DNA of 64,000 bases from Callorhinchus milii (taxonomy: Eukaryota). Positions within the stretch are counted from its first letter, which is position 1. Every line of letters begins with the position of its first letter. Shown here one piece after another: positions 37,101 through 48,447 of the stretch. The DNA lies in the NCBI RefSeq assembly GCF_018977255.1, contig NW_024704743.1:18478001-18542000 (forward strand). The letters run 5' to 3'. The notes beneath the pieces were generated by a model. The model was given only the letters and a program-made list of their open reading frames with translations, made no database searches and was not told the DNA's origin. A program made the translations under genes and the position numbers.

Positions 37101-37614
37101 TGGCCAGGCTCCACTGGCTCCCGATCACCAAACGGATCGACTTCAAGATCCTCACACTCGCGTTCAAATCCTCACACTCGTGTTTAAATCCATTCACTCC
37201 CTGGCACCTCCCTACCTATCCGACCTCCTCATTCTGAGGGCTTGACAGCAGTAATGAAAGCTCTCTATGATACAGTCCAAAGACAATATAACATTTCGAT
37301 AAAGCATTACATGCATGTATAATGTAACAATAAGAGAAAATGTTTTTTGTCTGAAAGCACTTCTGTAAAAAAAAACACAAAGCAAACATAGTATTTTACA
37401 AACAATTTCAATTGTTGAGTTTAGTTGTTACTTTTACGGCAATGTCCCTCTGCATTTAAACAAACTCTACATTTTAATATTGAAAAAGTAAAACATACCT
37501 GATGTAACTTATCAAATCAAAATTCTTCACATCATTTTGATTCGTCAAGATGAGAACAAAACCAGAAAGAATAATAATTGCCGTCACAATGAAAAAATAA
37601 CTCCGTAATTTCAT
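18679..37614 (-). CDS. ST8SIA6: Complete 7-exon alpha-2,8-sialyltransferase, ST8SIA6/ST8SIA7-like (copy B), 374 aa
   Basis: Exons 37614-37499, 35553-35455, 34440-34354, 31876-31732, 30060-29954, 23694-23605 and 19159-18679 join via GT-AG introns with matching phases into a 1125-nt ORF. It has an N-terminal TM anchor, sialylmotif L (CAMVGNGGIL..FVFRCNL..DVGSKT), S (LSSGL..ELCDEVWLYGFWPF), III (HYYD), VS (HAMPRE) and a C-terminal Cys. ST8SIA6 vs ST8SIA7 cannot be resolved without a tree. Confidence 0.9.
19186..19915 (-). mobile_element. Truncated L2 about 27 nt from the exon 7 acceptor of copy B
   Basis: SRLDYANSLL, PTLWNSIP; absent in copy C. Confidence 0.9.
19968..20468 (-). mobile_element. 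L2 3' end
   Basis: Stem-loop and CAA tail on the plus strand. Confidence 0.85.
21050..21575 (-). mobile_element. 3' end of an old non-LTR family with a C-terminal Cys/His knuckle (RTEX-like?)
   Basis: GSQRGKQLLLKLRT..CQRCGQED..MHFMVSC; related copies at 10365-10615 and 23885-24500. Confidence 0.6.
21600..21865 (-). mobile_element. L2 3' end
   Basis: 3' stem-loop and tail. Confidence 0.8.
22688..23495 (+). mobile_element. Two tandem SINE copies (22688-23025, 23148-23495)
   Basis: tRNA head, core, tail with ATT repeats. Confidence 0.85.
23605..23694 (-). CDS. ST8SIA6: Copy B exon 6, second half of sialylmotif L: CNLAAIVGREDDVGSKTDLVTANPSIFTR(K)
   Basis: Acceptor ttttacag, donor AA|gtaagt; 90 nt, phase 2-2. 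Confidence 0.95.
24577..24857 (+). repeat. 5' LTR (3' part recognisable; 5' part truncated or diverged)
   Basis: Aligns with about 29655-29949; TATAAAA and AATAAA motifs; ends CTTAACA. Confidence 0.8.
24861..24878 (+). promoter_or_regulatory. Primer-binding site complementary to the tRNA-Arg(ACG) 3' end
   Basis: TGGCGAGCCAGCCAGGAG, 3 nt after the LTR end. Confidence 0.88.
25114..26875 (+). pseudogene. Disrupted gag-like/coiled-coil region with terminal zinc knuckle
   Basis: MGECKSKEK start; E/K/Q-rich heptad stretches; three H-x2-C modules; CYNCNKPGHHK*QC at 26834-26875; many stops and frameshifts. Confidence 0.75.
27116..27362 (-). mobile_element. SINE inserted in the LTR element
   Basis: Short-subfamily body and tail. 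Confidence 0.85.
29299..29949 (+). repeat. 3' LTR (TGTT...AACA, 651 bp)
   Basis: Preceded by the purine tract AAGGTGGGGAC; TATA and AATAAA motifs; internal triplication of ATATGATCTCAATT. Confidence 0.85.
29954..30060 (-). CDS. ST8SIA6: Copy B exon 5, first half of sialylmotif L: NNKIPISKRCAMVGNGGILTNSSCGEEIDQADFVF(R)
   Basis: Acceptor ccatcag, donor AG|gtaatg; canonical sialylmotif L. Confidence 0.95.
30170..30885 (-). mobile_element. Long 3' UTR of the same non-LTR family, A-tailed; other copies at 32200-32620, 7190-7280 plus 9165-9210, 42310-42500 (plus), 63760-63860 (plus)
   Basis: Mutual similarity; ends GGCTGA(T/C)CA-poly(A). Confidence 0.6.
30895..31300 (-). mobile_element. Old CR1 3' fragment
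   Basis: Reverse complement of the same 3' UTR as 55200-55400. Confidence 0.55.
31732..31876 (-). CDS. ST8SIA6: Copy B exon 4: AQLTNCCNAIQNFTVTQVNTARGANLSYDAQPKKKITITEDIFNLLPQ
   Basis: Acceptor atcttccag, donor CAG|gtaaat; resembles the ST8SIA6-type L..CC.A..NF.V.Q.NT..G.N.SY segment. Confidence 0.92.
34354..34440 (-). CDS. ST8SIA6: Copy B exon 3: FEEDDIINLFKKTQKCTWYRNSEANYIF
   Basis: Acceptor ctttttctag, donor AG|gtaaat; C-x-W motif typical of the ST8 stem; paralogous relic at 14960-15046. Confidence 0.88.
35455..35553 (-). CDS. ST8SIA6: Copy B exon 2 (stem): VNKEQRNQILATQKPNPPECAELSKLFARIPK
   Basis: Acceptor ttgttgcag, donor AG|gtgaca; 99 nt, phase 2-2, open frame. Confidence 0.72.
35592..36647. 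mobile_element. SINE cluster in intron 1 of copy B (35592-35902 minus, 36078-36195 plus, 36287-36647 minus)
   Basis: Matches to the SINE family. Confidence 0.85.
37499..37614 (-). CDS. ST8SIA6: Copy B exon 1: MKLRSYFFIVTAIIILSGFVLILTNQNDVKNFDLISYI(R), type II signal anchor
   Basis: ATG at 37614, basic residues then a hydrophobic helix; donor AG|gtatgt; phase 2 fits the next exon. Confidence 0.8.
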
Positions 37615-37904
37615 CCTGCTGTGTTTACGATCCACGCAGCACACCACAGTGTAATATTTCAACAGCAAATTAAAGCTTAATAACACAATTCCTTAACAAC
37701 TGAGAGCTTGGAGCACATCGTTCACACAAACAAGTCAATAGCAGACTGATGAAGAGACCAGAAAGATTTACTGATCATTCTACCAAAACTGAAACTAAAA
37801 TTGACACTCAACTGGAGGGGGTGTGGTGATTAGCCAAAGTGTTTTCAAATAGATCCATAAACCTTTCATTTGATATAGAGCTGGGCTGTATAGATAGGTG
37901 TATA

Positions 37905-38255
37905 TCCATTCACTCCTTGGCACTTCCCTACCTCTCCGACCTCCTCATTCCCCAATCCACCACCCGCGCCTTCACTCGACTGGCACCGGCCTCTTGCTTG
38001 TCTCTCCCAAATTATGCCCCACCATTGGAGGTTGTGCTTTCAGCCACTACGCCTTAAAACTCTGGACCACTCTCCCTCAATCCCTCTGCCTTGCCCCCTC
38101 TCTCCCCTCTTTCAAGTCTTGCCTGAAAACTTTCATCTTCGAGCATGCCACCTCCCCATTTTCCCTGGCTCGGAGTCAGGCTTTGCTACGGTTAAGTGCT
38201 CTGAGATGCTACACTGTGTGGAGGGCGCTACATAAGTGCAAGTGGTTGTTGTGTA
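37905..38255 (+). mobile_element. L2 3' end upstream of copy B exon 1
   Basis: YALKLWTTLP, LKTFIF. Confidence 0.85.
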
Positions 38256-38555
38256 TGTTACAATAAAATTGTGAAATCAAGGATTTTGCGAAAAAACTGA
38301 AATTACTTTAACCCAAATTCCTGAAATTTTCTTTAAAATTGTGGAACCATGAAATCTCTGAAATTTAGAGACAAAAAGTGACATTTCATTCACTGAGGAG
38401 TCAAATGTTAATTTATTAACACAGGAGTGAGGCTTCTATGACACCGGGATATACATTTTCGCTTTGCTTTGAAGCATTTATGACTCTGTTCACCATTGAG
38501 GAATACATTGCTCCCCTTGTGCTGCTATGTTTGGCAATAAGACTTGTGTTAGTCG

Positions 38556-39400
38556 AACAACAACAAAATTACATTGATAGAGCGCCTTTCACATCGGGAG
38601 GACGTCCCAAAGTGCTGAACAGTCAGATGTCGGGACCCAAGCATGGGGGAGGGGTGGTGTCGGGGTGAGGGAAGGCAGAGAGGTGCGAGAGCGACCAAAG
38701 GCACGATCGAAGAGAAATGTCTTGAGACCGGCCTTGAAGGAGGCAAGGGAGGAAGCGAAACGAAGGCACTGTGGGATGGAGTTCCAGAGGGTGGGGGCAG
38801 AGAGGCTGAAAGCCCGGCCACCGATGGTAGGATGGGTCGGGCGGGAGTCATGGAGCAGGCCGGAGCTCGCTGAACGGAGGGAGCGGACAGGTTGGTTGGG
38901 AGTCAGCAGAGGTAGGAGGAGGCAAAGCCATGGATGGCATTGAAAGTGAGGATGAGGATCTTGAACTCGATCCTCTAGGGGATGGGGTGCCAGTGGAGTC
39001 AGGTGAGGGTGGGAGTGATGGGTCATGGAGCCTGGTGCGTGAGAGTACATGAGTTGCAGAGTTTTGGTTGATCTGCAGCTTGTGTAGGGAAGAGTTGGGA
39101 AAGCCGATGAGGAGGGAGTTCCCGTAATCGAGACTTGATGTGACGAATGTGTGGGTGAGGGGTTTGGCAGCCTGAGAGGTGAGGCAGTGGCAGAGTCTGG
39201 CAATGTTGCGGAGGTGGTGGAAGGCAGTGTCGGTCATGGCGCGGTTGTGGGGGAGAAAGGACAGTTTAGGGTCAAACACAACACCCAGGTTCCTGACTGG
39301 CTCAGTGAGGTTGAGTCTGCGGCCATGGATGCTGATGCTGCCAGTGCCCGAGGTGCGGAGGTGCTGGCGCGATCCAATCAGGAGGGCTTCGGTCTTGCAA
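38556..39400 (-). mobile_element. Truncated L2
   Basis: [27 protein letters not shown]. Confidence 0.9.
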
Positions 39401-40060
39401 ACATCTTCAGCACTGCCAACAGAGGTGATTTCTACACTGAAAAGTGAGCTTGATCTCCTTGCTGTTCTTGCTGGTAATGTGCCAGAAGAAGTACCAGCTG
39501 ACAACCACTCCACCTCAAGTAACAACCACAGAAGCTTCGATCCCACAGCAATGGGGCTACGCACACTACCGAACCCACCCTTTGTCAGCTGGCACTTCTG
39601 TAGGTCAACCCAGTCCAATCGAGGTCATCGAGACACCGACTATTAGTGCATTAGTTTCTCCAGTCTCCAGTGTCACAGATCCATCGCAGCTTAGCCCTGT
39701 AGTCTCCATGTCCTCGACTCTAGAGATGTCCACTGATCCTCCTTCACAGACTCCTATTTCACAGGCCCTGGAAGATCACACGAACCACATCAGAAAGTGA
39801 AGAGCAGCTGTACAAATGGCACAAGTAGCACAAGCAGGGAGGATGGTGAAGTGGAGTCAGCTGATGTCCAAGCTGCTACACTTGGAGACAACGTGACTGT
39901 CTCCATTCCCGCAGTGGACAGGAGTAGAGGGGATCCCAGGGGCATACTTGGTGTTATCGTTAATAGAGATTTAGACACTGACCAGTACAGAATAGCTGGC
40001 ATCCTGAGGGATCACTATTCCAGAAACTAATTTGGCCTCTGCCCATAACGATTCCTGTAT
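39400..40060 (+). mobile_element. Ginger/KRBA2-like integrase-transposase C-terminal fragment
   Basis: LGDNVTVSIPAVDRSRGDPRGILGVIV...YRIAGILRDHYSRN*FGLC resembles the KRBA2/SCAND3-type C-terminus. Confidence 0.65.
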
Positions 40061-40069
40061 AATGAAGTA

Positions 40070-40355
40070 ATGGAGTCCTGTAGCTCAGTGGTTAGAGCCC
40101 AGCAGGTCGAAACCTTGGGCAAGTTTCCTTACTTCACACGCCTGATAATAATCCCTCAAATAAAAATAACAATGATGAATTGGTCACTTTAATCCACGAT
40201 TGTTTGTGGGATACTGCAGTGCGCAATTGGCTGCCGCATTTTGCCCACAACATATACAGTCAATTCACTTTACAGTATATATTGTGAAGCGCTTTGAGAC
40301 GTCTCAAAGACGTGATAAGGTGCTATGTCAAATGCAAGGATTATTAATATTACTA
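40070..40355 (+). mobile_element. SINE
   Basis: Family match. Confidence 0.85.
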
Positions 40356-41773
40356 TTCATTTTACAGCTTTATTGCTCCTGTTGTAATTGCCATAGATTT
40401 AACTTTGATCCTTTGCCTGCTATCATCAGCATTCCACAAAGGACAAAACCTTTGATTCATTAATTCAAGGGCTGCTATTTTTAGTATTCCAGATCTAGAA
40501 AAACTAAGAGCAAGAGATGTCTGCCTACTGCTTATGAACTTATAAACTTTGATACTGACTTTGATATTACTATTTTAAATGAGCTTGAAAATATAAAATA
40601 GAAGTGCCTTTGGTATCTCTGTTCACAGGTTGACATTTTTGGCTGAACAGAATAAGCTGGTTTTTTCAGACTACACCTTTGTCCCAGGCTCAACAGACTT
40701 GTTGAATTCACTTCTCAAACATATACTTATCTATTTATTGTTTAACATTACCTATTTTATAACTCCTTAACTTAAACTTTGATAACTATTTACACGAACC
40801 TTTACTTCTTATCCAAAATGACTTACAGAATCTCCTCCATCTTGCTTATCTAAAACAGTTCATTAATTCTCTCCTCCTTCTTGCGTTGGGGGTAAAATGG
40901 CGTTGCTTAGGACCAGCTGTAGACATGCATGATCTCCCTTCTTGCACTTTCCACTTTTGCAGGAGGTAGGATGGTAATATCCAGGACAAACCGGCTTGGC
41001 GCCATCTACCTTTCCTATGCTTTCCGCAGTTCCAGGAGTTAGGAGGGTGGCATCCAGGATGGAAAGTATTTTTTCATGCTGGGTCAGTTGGAATTTTGAA
41101 GTCTGAGAGTGATAAATATTTGTTAGGTAATAGTATGAAGGGTTGTAGAGAAAATGCTCGTAAATGGAATTGAGGCAAAATCAGCTATGTTCTAATAAAA
41201 AGATATAACAGGCTTGAGAGGTTGAACAGCCCATTCTTGTTCCTATGTTCTTAAACCTGATGTTGTGTTTGCCTACAAGTAGACTCACTACACCTCACAG
41301 TAAAATTCTATGAAGTGCTTTGATACATATTGACGACGTGATAAAGAACAATATCAAATGTAAGGATTACTAGATTTGTAATAGTAGTATTACTAAACGT
41401 AGATAAATATATTCACTTACATTTGTAAACACTTTGATATTGATGCAAAGACCAACTAGTATCAAGATCAATCAGCAAAAGTGACATCGAGAAACAACAT
41501 CACAATAATCTGGGATTCACGAGTACTAGATACAGGAGAATCATCTACAACAACAACTTGCACTTATATAGCGTCCTTCACACAGGGTAGCGTCTCAGAG
41601 TAGCTGTAACAGACCAGATATTATCCTAAAGAATCTAATAGACTGTACATGTAGTATTATTGATGTGGCTATCCCAAATGATTACAATATGAAAAATAAG
41701 GAACTAGAGAAAATCAGAAAATATTTTGATATACAAATTCAATATGCAATTGGGACTCTTAATAAGACCGGTA

Positions 41774-42150
41774 GTGGAGTCCTGTAGCTCAGTGGTTAGA
41801 GCACTCACCTCACAAGCGAGAGGACCTAGGTTCGATTCCAGGAGGGCAAAACATTGGGCAAGTTTCCTTACTCCACACATCTCTGTTTACCTAGCAGTAA
41901 GTAGGAACCCGGTTGTTAGTCGATTGACAGATCACTTTTCCGAGGGTAATAATTCCTTCAAAATAAAAATAATTTGGTCACTCAATCCAGTACTGTTTGT
42001 GGGACACCGCTGTGTGCAATTGGATGCCGCATTTCACCCACAAAATATACAGTTAATTCACTTTACAGTATATTCTGTGAAGCACTTTGAGACCTCTCGA
42101 AGATGTGATAAGGTGTTATGTCAAATGCTAGGTTTATTATTATTATTATG
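41774..42150 (+). mobile_element. Full-length SINE (long subfamily)
   Basis: GTGGAGTCCTGTAGCTCAGTGG...GGTTCGATTCC...ATT tail. Confidence 0.9.
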
Positions 42151-42500
42151 ATTATAAGACTATTTAAAGGTGGCTAGACAAAATACTTGGTGAACAAAAT
42201 ATCAATCTCTAACAAAAAGAAGCTATTTTAGGAAGCTCAAATATGTTAAGAAAATAACATCCATTCATGTTATTATTGATATTCATACTGTTATTGTTGT
42301 TACTTTTATTACCTGGAGGACTAGTTTCAGGAGCTTTACCATCCACATCACACTTTCAGGAAGGCAGTTTGTATTCCGTCCAGACCCATTTTCTTAAGTA
42401 AGTGCCATATATGTGGAACTCTCAGTCTGATTTGGATAGGGCTTAAGCATGATGATGGATTTTGGCATGTGACAGATAGTCCAGGTGATCCACAAAAAAA

Positions 42501-42501
42501 N
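42501..42501. other. Ambiguous base or assembly join
   Basis: Single n between a poly(A) tail and internal hAT sequence. Confidence 0.9.
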
Positions 42502-42640
42502 GTCTGTGTTATATCACCCTTCGTCCGCTCCCTTAAGTGTTGAATCAGGCTGACGTCAGAAATGTATGGATCGGCAAATTTTCATACACACGAGCACCAA
42601 CCACGACAATACGTTTCACTGAAGAGGATGTTAATTCGAA

Positions 42641-44801
42641 ATGAGTTTATCAAAGAAGCGGAAAGTGAATGCTGAAGCCTGAATATTCAACAAAGAATGG
42701 ACTTCGAAATATTTTTTTACCAGTGTCGGTGGAAAAGCTGTGTGCGTAATTTGCATAGAAAGTGTGGCAATGCTCAAAGACTGCAACTTGAATCGCCATT
42801 TTGAGAGCAAACATGCTCGCAAATATAAGAACGTTTCTGCCGAAGAAAAAGGAAAGAAAGCTGATGAGATGGTTGTTCGAATGCAAAAAGAGCAAAGCAT
42901 TTTCACAAAACAATTTGATTCCCAGGATGAGATTACAAGAGTGAGTTACGTGATTGCACACAAAATCGCCAAGAACAGCAAACCATTCTCTGAAGGAGAA
43001 TTTATAAAGCAATGTATGGTTAACTCTGCCTCGATTTTATGCCCACATAAGAAAAAACAATTCGAGAACATTAGCTTGTCAAGGCGAACTATTGTGAAAC
43101 ATGTCGAGGATATTTCTGAGAACCTGTATCTTCAGTTAAAAAATAAAATAAGCAATTTTGCATGTTTTTCACTGGCACTCGATGAGTGTTGTGATGTCAA
43201 AGGCAGAGCCCAGTTGATCATTTTTATTCGAGGTATCACCAAACATTTTGAGCTCACAGAAGAATTGGCATCAATGCAGTTAATGAAAGATACGACAACT
43301 GGATAACAGTTTTTGGAGGCAGTAAATAAGTATGTCTTAAAATTAGGAGTGGAGTGAAAAAAATTGGTGAATGTGACCACCGATGGAAGCGCAAATCTGA
43401 CAGGCAAAAATGTTGGGTTACTGAAAATAATTCAAGATCAAGTTAAAGAAACAAATCGAGAACAGAATATTGTTTTTCTGCACTGCATTATCCACCAAGA
43501 GGTCCTCTGTAAGAGTGTTCTAAAACTAAGCAATGTCATGGACACAGTTACGAAAGTGGTCAACTACATCTGAGCAAGAGGATTAAACCACAGGCAATTG
43601 TAATTCTGCTTGAGGAATTGGAATCCGAGCGCACGGATGTTCTGTATAATAATAACAATAATAATAATAATCCCTCCAAAAAAACAAAAACAATAATAAA
43701 TTGGTCATTTTTAATCCATGACTGTTTGTGGGACATTGCTGTGCGCAATTGGCTGCCGCGTTCGCCCACAAATATACAGTCAATTCACTTTACAGTATAG
43801 TCTGTGAAGCGCTTTGGGACGTCCTCCCGACGTGAAAAGCGCTATAACAAATGCAAGGATTATTATTATTATTATTATTATGTGAAGCGCTTTGGGACGT
43901 CTAGAAGATGTGAAAAGTGCTATATCAAATGCAAGGATTATTATTATTATTAATAATAATAATCCTTGCATTTTTGCATTTTAATCCTTGTATCACACAA
44001 ATGTAAGATGGCTTAGTTTAGGAAAGGTCTTGAAAAGAGTGTGTGAACTAGGAACAGAGATTGACTTATTTTTGGACATGAAACAAAAATTCGGATTTCC
44101 CACAGCTGAATGATACAAATTGGCTCTCTGATTTTGCATTTGATGTTGATATCATGGGCCACATGAATGAACTAAATTAAAAACTGCAACGGAAGGGTGC
44201 CTTTGTGCACAATTTATATTGCAGTATCAAGTTATTTATGACGAAATTATTTCGTTTATCATGTCAGATAGGAAACAGGCAGTTCACCCACTTTCCAACT
44301 TTGCATCAGATTACTGTTTGCGAACAAAGTCTTAAAAAGTATATTTCGTCACTACTTGACTTACATGCCAAATTTTCTCGCCGATTCCAGGATTTCAATT
44401 TGATCGAAAATGACCTATCTTTGGTCTCTTCATCTTTCTCATTTGATGTTGACAAAGCCCCATTTGACCTCCAACTCAAGCTTATTGACCTGCAATGTGA
44501 TCTGACCATTGCTTGTGGAGCAATTCAAATCAGTGCCGCTTCCCAGTTTTTATGCCTCTCTTAATGAATATACATTTCCAAAAATAAAGGGTCATGCCCG
44601 GTGGATGCTTGTGCTGTTTGGATCAATATACATATGCAAAGAGACATTTTCTGTGATGACATTCAAAAAATCAAAACATAGATCTGTGATGACTGATGAC
44701 CACCTTGCAGCAGTTCTCCGCATTGCAACAATTGAGATGATGCCTGACTTCAATTGTCAAGTTAATTGAAAGCACATCAGCGCTTTCATTCTTCCCATTG
44801 A
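42641..44801 (+). pseudogene. hAT transposase pseudogene
   Basis: MSLSKKRKV; BED-like CVIC..RHFESKH; KPFSEGEFIK; FSLALDE; TTDG; HCIIHQE; VRWLS; LFGSIYICKETFS; several stops, frameshifts and a SINE insertion. Confidence 0.9.
43648..43993 (+). mobile_element. 5'-truncated SINE with two tandem tails, inserted in the hAT transposase
   Basis: Splits DVLY|HTNVRWLS; TGTAT duplicated. Confidence 0.88.
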
Positions 44802-44848
44802 GTGAGCTTCTCACATTCGCATCAATATATGAATAATTGAATAAATAT

Positions 44849-46340
44849 CATAGGAACATAGGAATTAGGTGCAGGAGTAAGCCATTCGGCCCCTCGAGTC
44901 TGCCCCGCCATTCAATAAGATCATGGCTGATCTTCTAACCTAACTCCATCTGCCCGCCTTATCCCCATATCCCTTAATCCCTCTATCCTTTAGAAACCTA
45001 TCAATCTCAGTCTTGAATATGGTCAAGGACTGAGCATCTACAGCCTTCTGGGGTAGAGAATTCCATAAATTCACTATCCTCTGAGTGAAGAACTGTTTCC
45101 TCAACTCTGTTCAAAAGGGCTGTCCCTTAATCTTAAGACTGTGACCCCTAGTTCTAGATTCTCCTACCAGGGGAAATAGTCTTGCACTGTCTACTCTGTC
45201 AAGCCCCATAAGAATCTTATATGTTTTTATAAGATCACCCCTAATTCTTCTATATTCTAGAGAATATAGGCCAAGTTTACTCAACCTATCCTCATAGGCT
45301 ATACAAATGTAATCTTGTTGTTGTTGTTGTTGTAGGTCAATCCCCTCATCCCAGGAACTAACCTAATGAATCTACGCTGAACCCCTTCTAAGGCGAATAT
45401 GTCCTTTCTTAAATAAGGAGACCAAAACTGCACACAATATTCTAGGTGTGGTCTCACCAAGGCCCTATACAGTTGCAGCAAGACTTCTCTACTCTTGTAT
45501 TCGAACCCTTTTACAATGAACAACAACTTGCCATAAGCCTTCCTAGTTGCTTGCTGTACCTGCATACTAACTTTTTGTGACTGGTGTACAAGGACACCTA
45601 AATCCCTCTGAACACTAACACTATCTAGTCTCTCACCTTCTAGAAAATAATCTACTTTTCTGTTTTTCCTACCCAGGTGAATAACTTCACAATTCCCCAC
45701 ATTATATTCCACCATCTGCCACCTTCTTGCCCACTCACCGAGCCTATCTATATCCCTTTGCAATCTTTTTATATCATCCTCAGAGCTTACTCTCCCACCT
45801 AGCTTAGTATCATCCGCGAATTTAGATATTTTAAGTTCTATGTCCTTGTCCAGATCATTGATATAGATTGTAAATAGTTGAGGCCCAAGCACTGATCCTT
45901 GTGGCACTCCACTTGTCACATCTTGCCAATCTGGGAAGGACCCGTTTATCCTTACTCTCTCTTTTCTTCCCATTAGCCACTCTTCGATCCATGCTGCCAC
46001 TCTTTGATCCATGCTACTATATTGCCTTTAATTGCCTTTAATCTTGTGTAGCAACCTTTTATGTGGCACCTTGTCGAGCGACTTCTGAAAATCTAAATAT
46101 ACTACATCTACTGATTCCCCCCTATCTAACCTGCTAGTTACATCCTCAAAAAAACCTAAAAGATTTGTTAAGCATGACTTCCCTTTTGTAAATCCATGTT
46201 GACTCTGCCTAATAATGTTATGGTCCTCTAAGTACCCCACCACGATTTCCCTAATTCAGGATTTTAGAAATTTCCCTACCACGGATGTCAGACTGACTGG
46301 TCTATATTTCTCCATCTTCTCTCTCCCACACTTCTTAAAT
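44849..46340 (-). mobile_element. 5'-truncated CR1 LINE inserted in the hAT element
   Basis: [29 protein letters not shown]; flanked by the direct repeat AATTGAATAAAT. Confidence 0.93.
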
Positions 46341-47186
46341 AAATTGAATAAATGTCTGCTCAATGAGTTGTTTTTACTTAACCTAATTTTAATGAATGTC
46401 AATTATATAGACTTTATTTTATGCATGTACTAGTGTAAGACTTGACTTTGAGCTATTATTAAGTATTTGCATCTATATTAAGTGTGGCCCGTGAAGCCAC
46501 ACATGAAGTGGCCCGCCAGCCAAAATAATTGCCCACCCCTGGTCGAGGCTGACACTCTAGTGTACTGCATTGTTGGAAGCAGCAAACTTTAGATGAGATA
46601 TTAAATTGAGGTCCCACCTGCCTGTTCAAGTATACAATAAATATCCTGCAGCAATACTTGAAAAGAGATGCGAGTTTCTCCCAGTATTCTGGCTAATAAT
46701 CTCCCAGATAAAGTTAGCCATTTACTTCATGATTGTTTTTGAATATTGCCCTGCGCAAATTGACTGCTGTGTTTACCTACAAATGCAGTCACTGCTTTAA
46801 ATTAATTTAAGTTATGGCTCATCGACTCCCCATTGCACTATATAGTTTTGGTCAGATGGAACTCCAACAACAGCTTAATAGTATCTGCAAGTGAAGTGCT
46901 TTGAGATATCTTAATGCTATAATGCGCTATATCAAATCCATTTATTATTACTACCTGGAGAAAATAGATTCAGGAACTTACTGCATGCGCCAGACACATG
47001 GCTGGACAAATAAAAAATCCACTAAATCATTCACATCATTCATTTCACATATCATCAAATAATAATAATCCTTTATATTTGGTATAGCACCTTTCACATT
47101 GAGAGAACTTCAGATAGCATTTCACAGGATATTCTGTAAAGTGCAGTATCTGTTTTTTTATGGCAAATAGCATTTGTTAAATAAAG

Positions 47187-47550
47187 ATAATAATAATAAT
47201 CCTTGCATTCGATATTGTGTGGCGCCTTTTTGTGTCTTCAAGATATCTCAAATCGCCTCACAGAATATACAGTAAAGTGAATTGACCTATGTATTTTTTG
47301 GGCGGAATGCGGCAGTCAATTTCGCAAAGTAGTGTCCCACAAACAATGTGGGAACATTTTTTTTAAAGGGATTATTACCCCCGGAAAAGCGATCCACCAA
47401 TCGACTAACAACTGGGTTCCTACTTACTGCTACGTAAACAGAGACGTGTGTAGTAAGGAGTCTTGTCTTAACTTTTCGCCCTGTCCGGGAACCAAACCCA
47501 GGTCCTCTCGCTTGCGACTTGAGTGTTCTAACCATTTTGCTACAAGAGTC
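47187..47550 (-). mobile_element. SINE (long subfamily)
   Basis: Family match. Confidence 0.85.
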
Positions 47551-47704
47551 TACAAAAGAATTTAAAAGATTGTATACCTTGTTTGCAATGTTAATTGGAA
47601 GCCTATCATTATTTGACCACTGTGACTGTTCCACTGCTGCACCACTAGGTTGTACCCTTATATGCAAAGTTTCTACAATACTGTATACTGTATACAATAC
47701 TGTA

Positions 47705-48447
47705 CTCTCTCCCTCCTCCACAATATCCTCTCCTCCACACTCGATACTCTTGCCCCCATCACTTCCCGCACTGTCTCCTACTCCCGCTCCTCCCCCTGGT
47801 ACACCACCCACCTCCGCTCACTGAAATGCCAGGTGCGGGCTGCTGAACGCACCTGTGTCAAATCTGGCCTAACGGTTCACCGACAAATCTGGCTGGACCT
47901 CCTCAAAATTTACCGCTCCACTCTAGCCTCGGCCAAGTCGTCCTTCTACTCCAGGATAATCCTGGAGGCGAAGAACAACCCCAGGCTACTGTTTTCCACC
48001 ACATCCCGACTCCTCCGTCCCCCCCGCCACCCCGCGCAGGTCATCTCCTCCAACCTTCACTGCGAGGAGATGCTGGATTTCCTTGAATCCAAGATCAAGG
48101 GAATCCGCTCCGCGGTCACTTCCCCTCCAACTTCCACCCACCACCACCCCTGCCCTCCCACACTCCGACTCCTACCCATCCTCCCCTACACACCTTCGTA
48201 CCCGTTTCCCCACCCTCTGTCACTGAACTCATCCTATCCCTAAAACCAACCACCTGCTCCCTTGACCCCATCCCCACTCCACTCCTTATCTCCCAGCTCC
48301 ATTTTCTTGCCCCACACATCACTGACATCATAAACCTGTCCCTCTCCTCTGGCTCTGTCCCCATTCCTTTAAAAACTGCCATCATCACGCCCACCCTGAA
48401 AAAACCCTCCCTTGATGTGTCGCAGCTATCAAGCTACCGGCCCATCT
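47705..48447 (+). mobile_element. Internal L2 fragment, near-identical copy of 49849-50592, fused to the 5' end of the full-length L2
   Basis: About 5 differences over about 744 nt by eye. Confidence 0.93.

Larger units (their letters stand above)
42502..46541 (+). mobile_element. Decayed hAT DNA transposon, SPIN/GTF2IRD2-like; left end lost at an N
   Basis: Right end TTGCCCACCCCTG at 46541; transposase relic inside. Confidence 0.88.

Noticed and set aside
37745..37780. CTGATGA...GAAA hammerhead-like core
   Set aside because: No stem II or consistent stems I and III
37817..37838. GT/CACCC box and NFI-like half site upstream of exon 1
   Set aside because: Short motifs and no TSS evidence
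41774..41845. tRNA-like sequences with A and B boxes
   Set aside because: They are SINE heads without a proper acceptor stem, not tRNA genes
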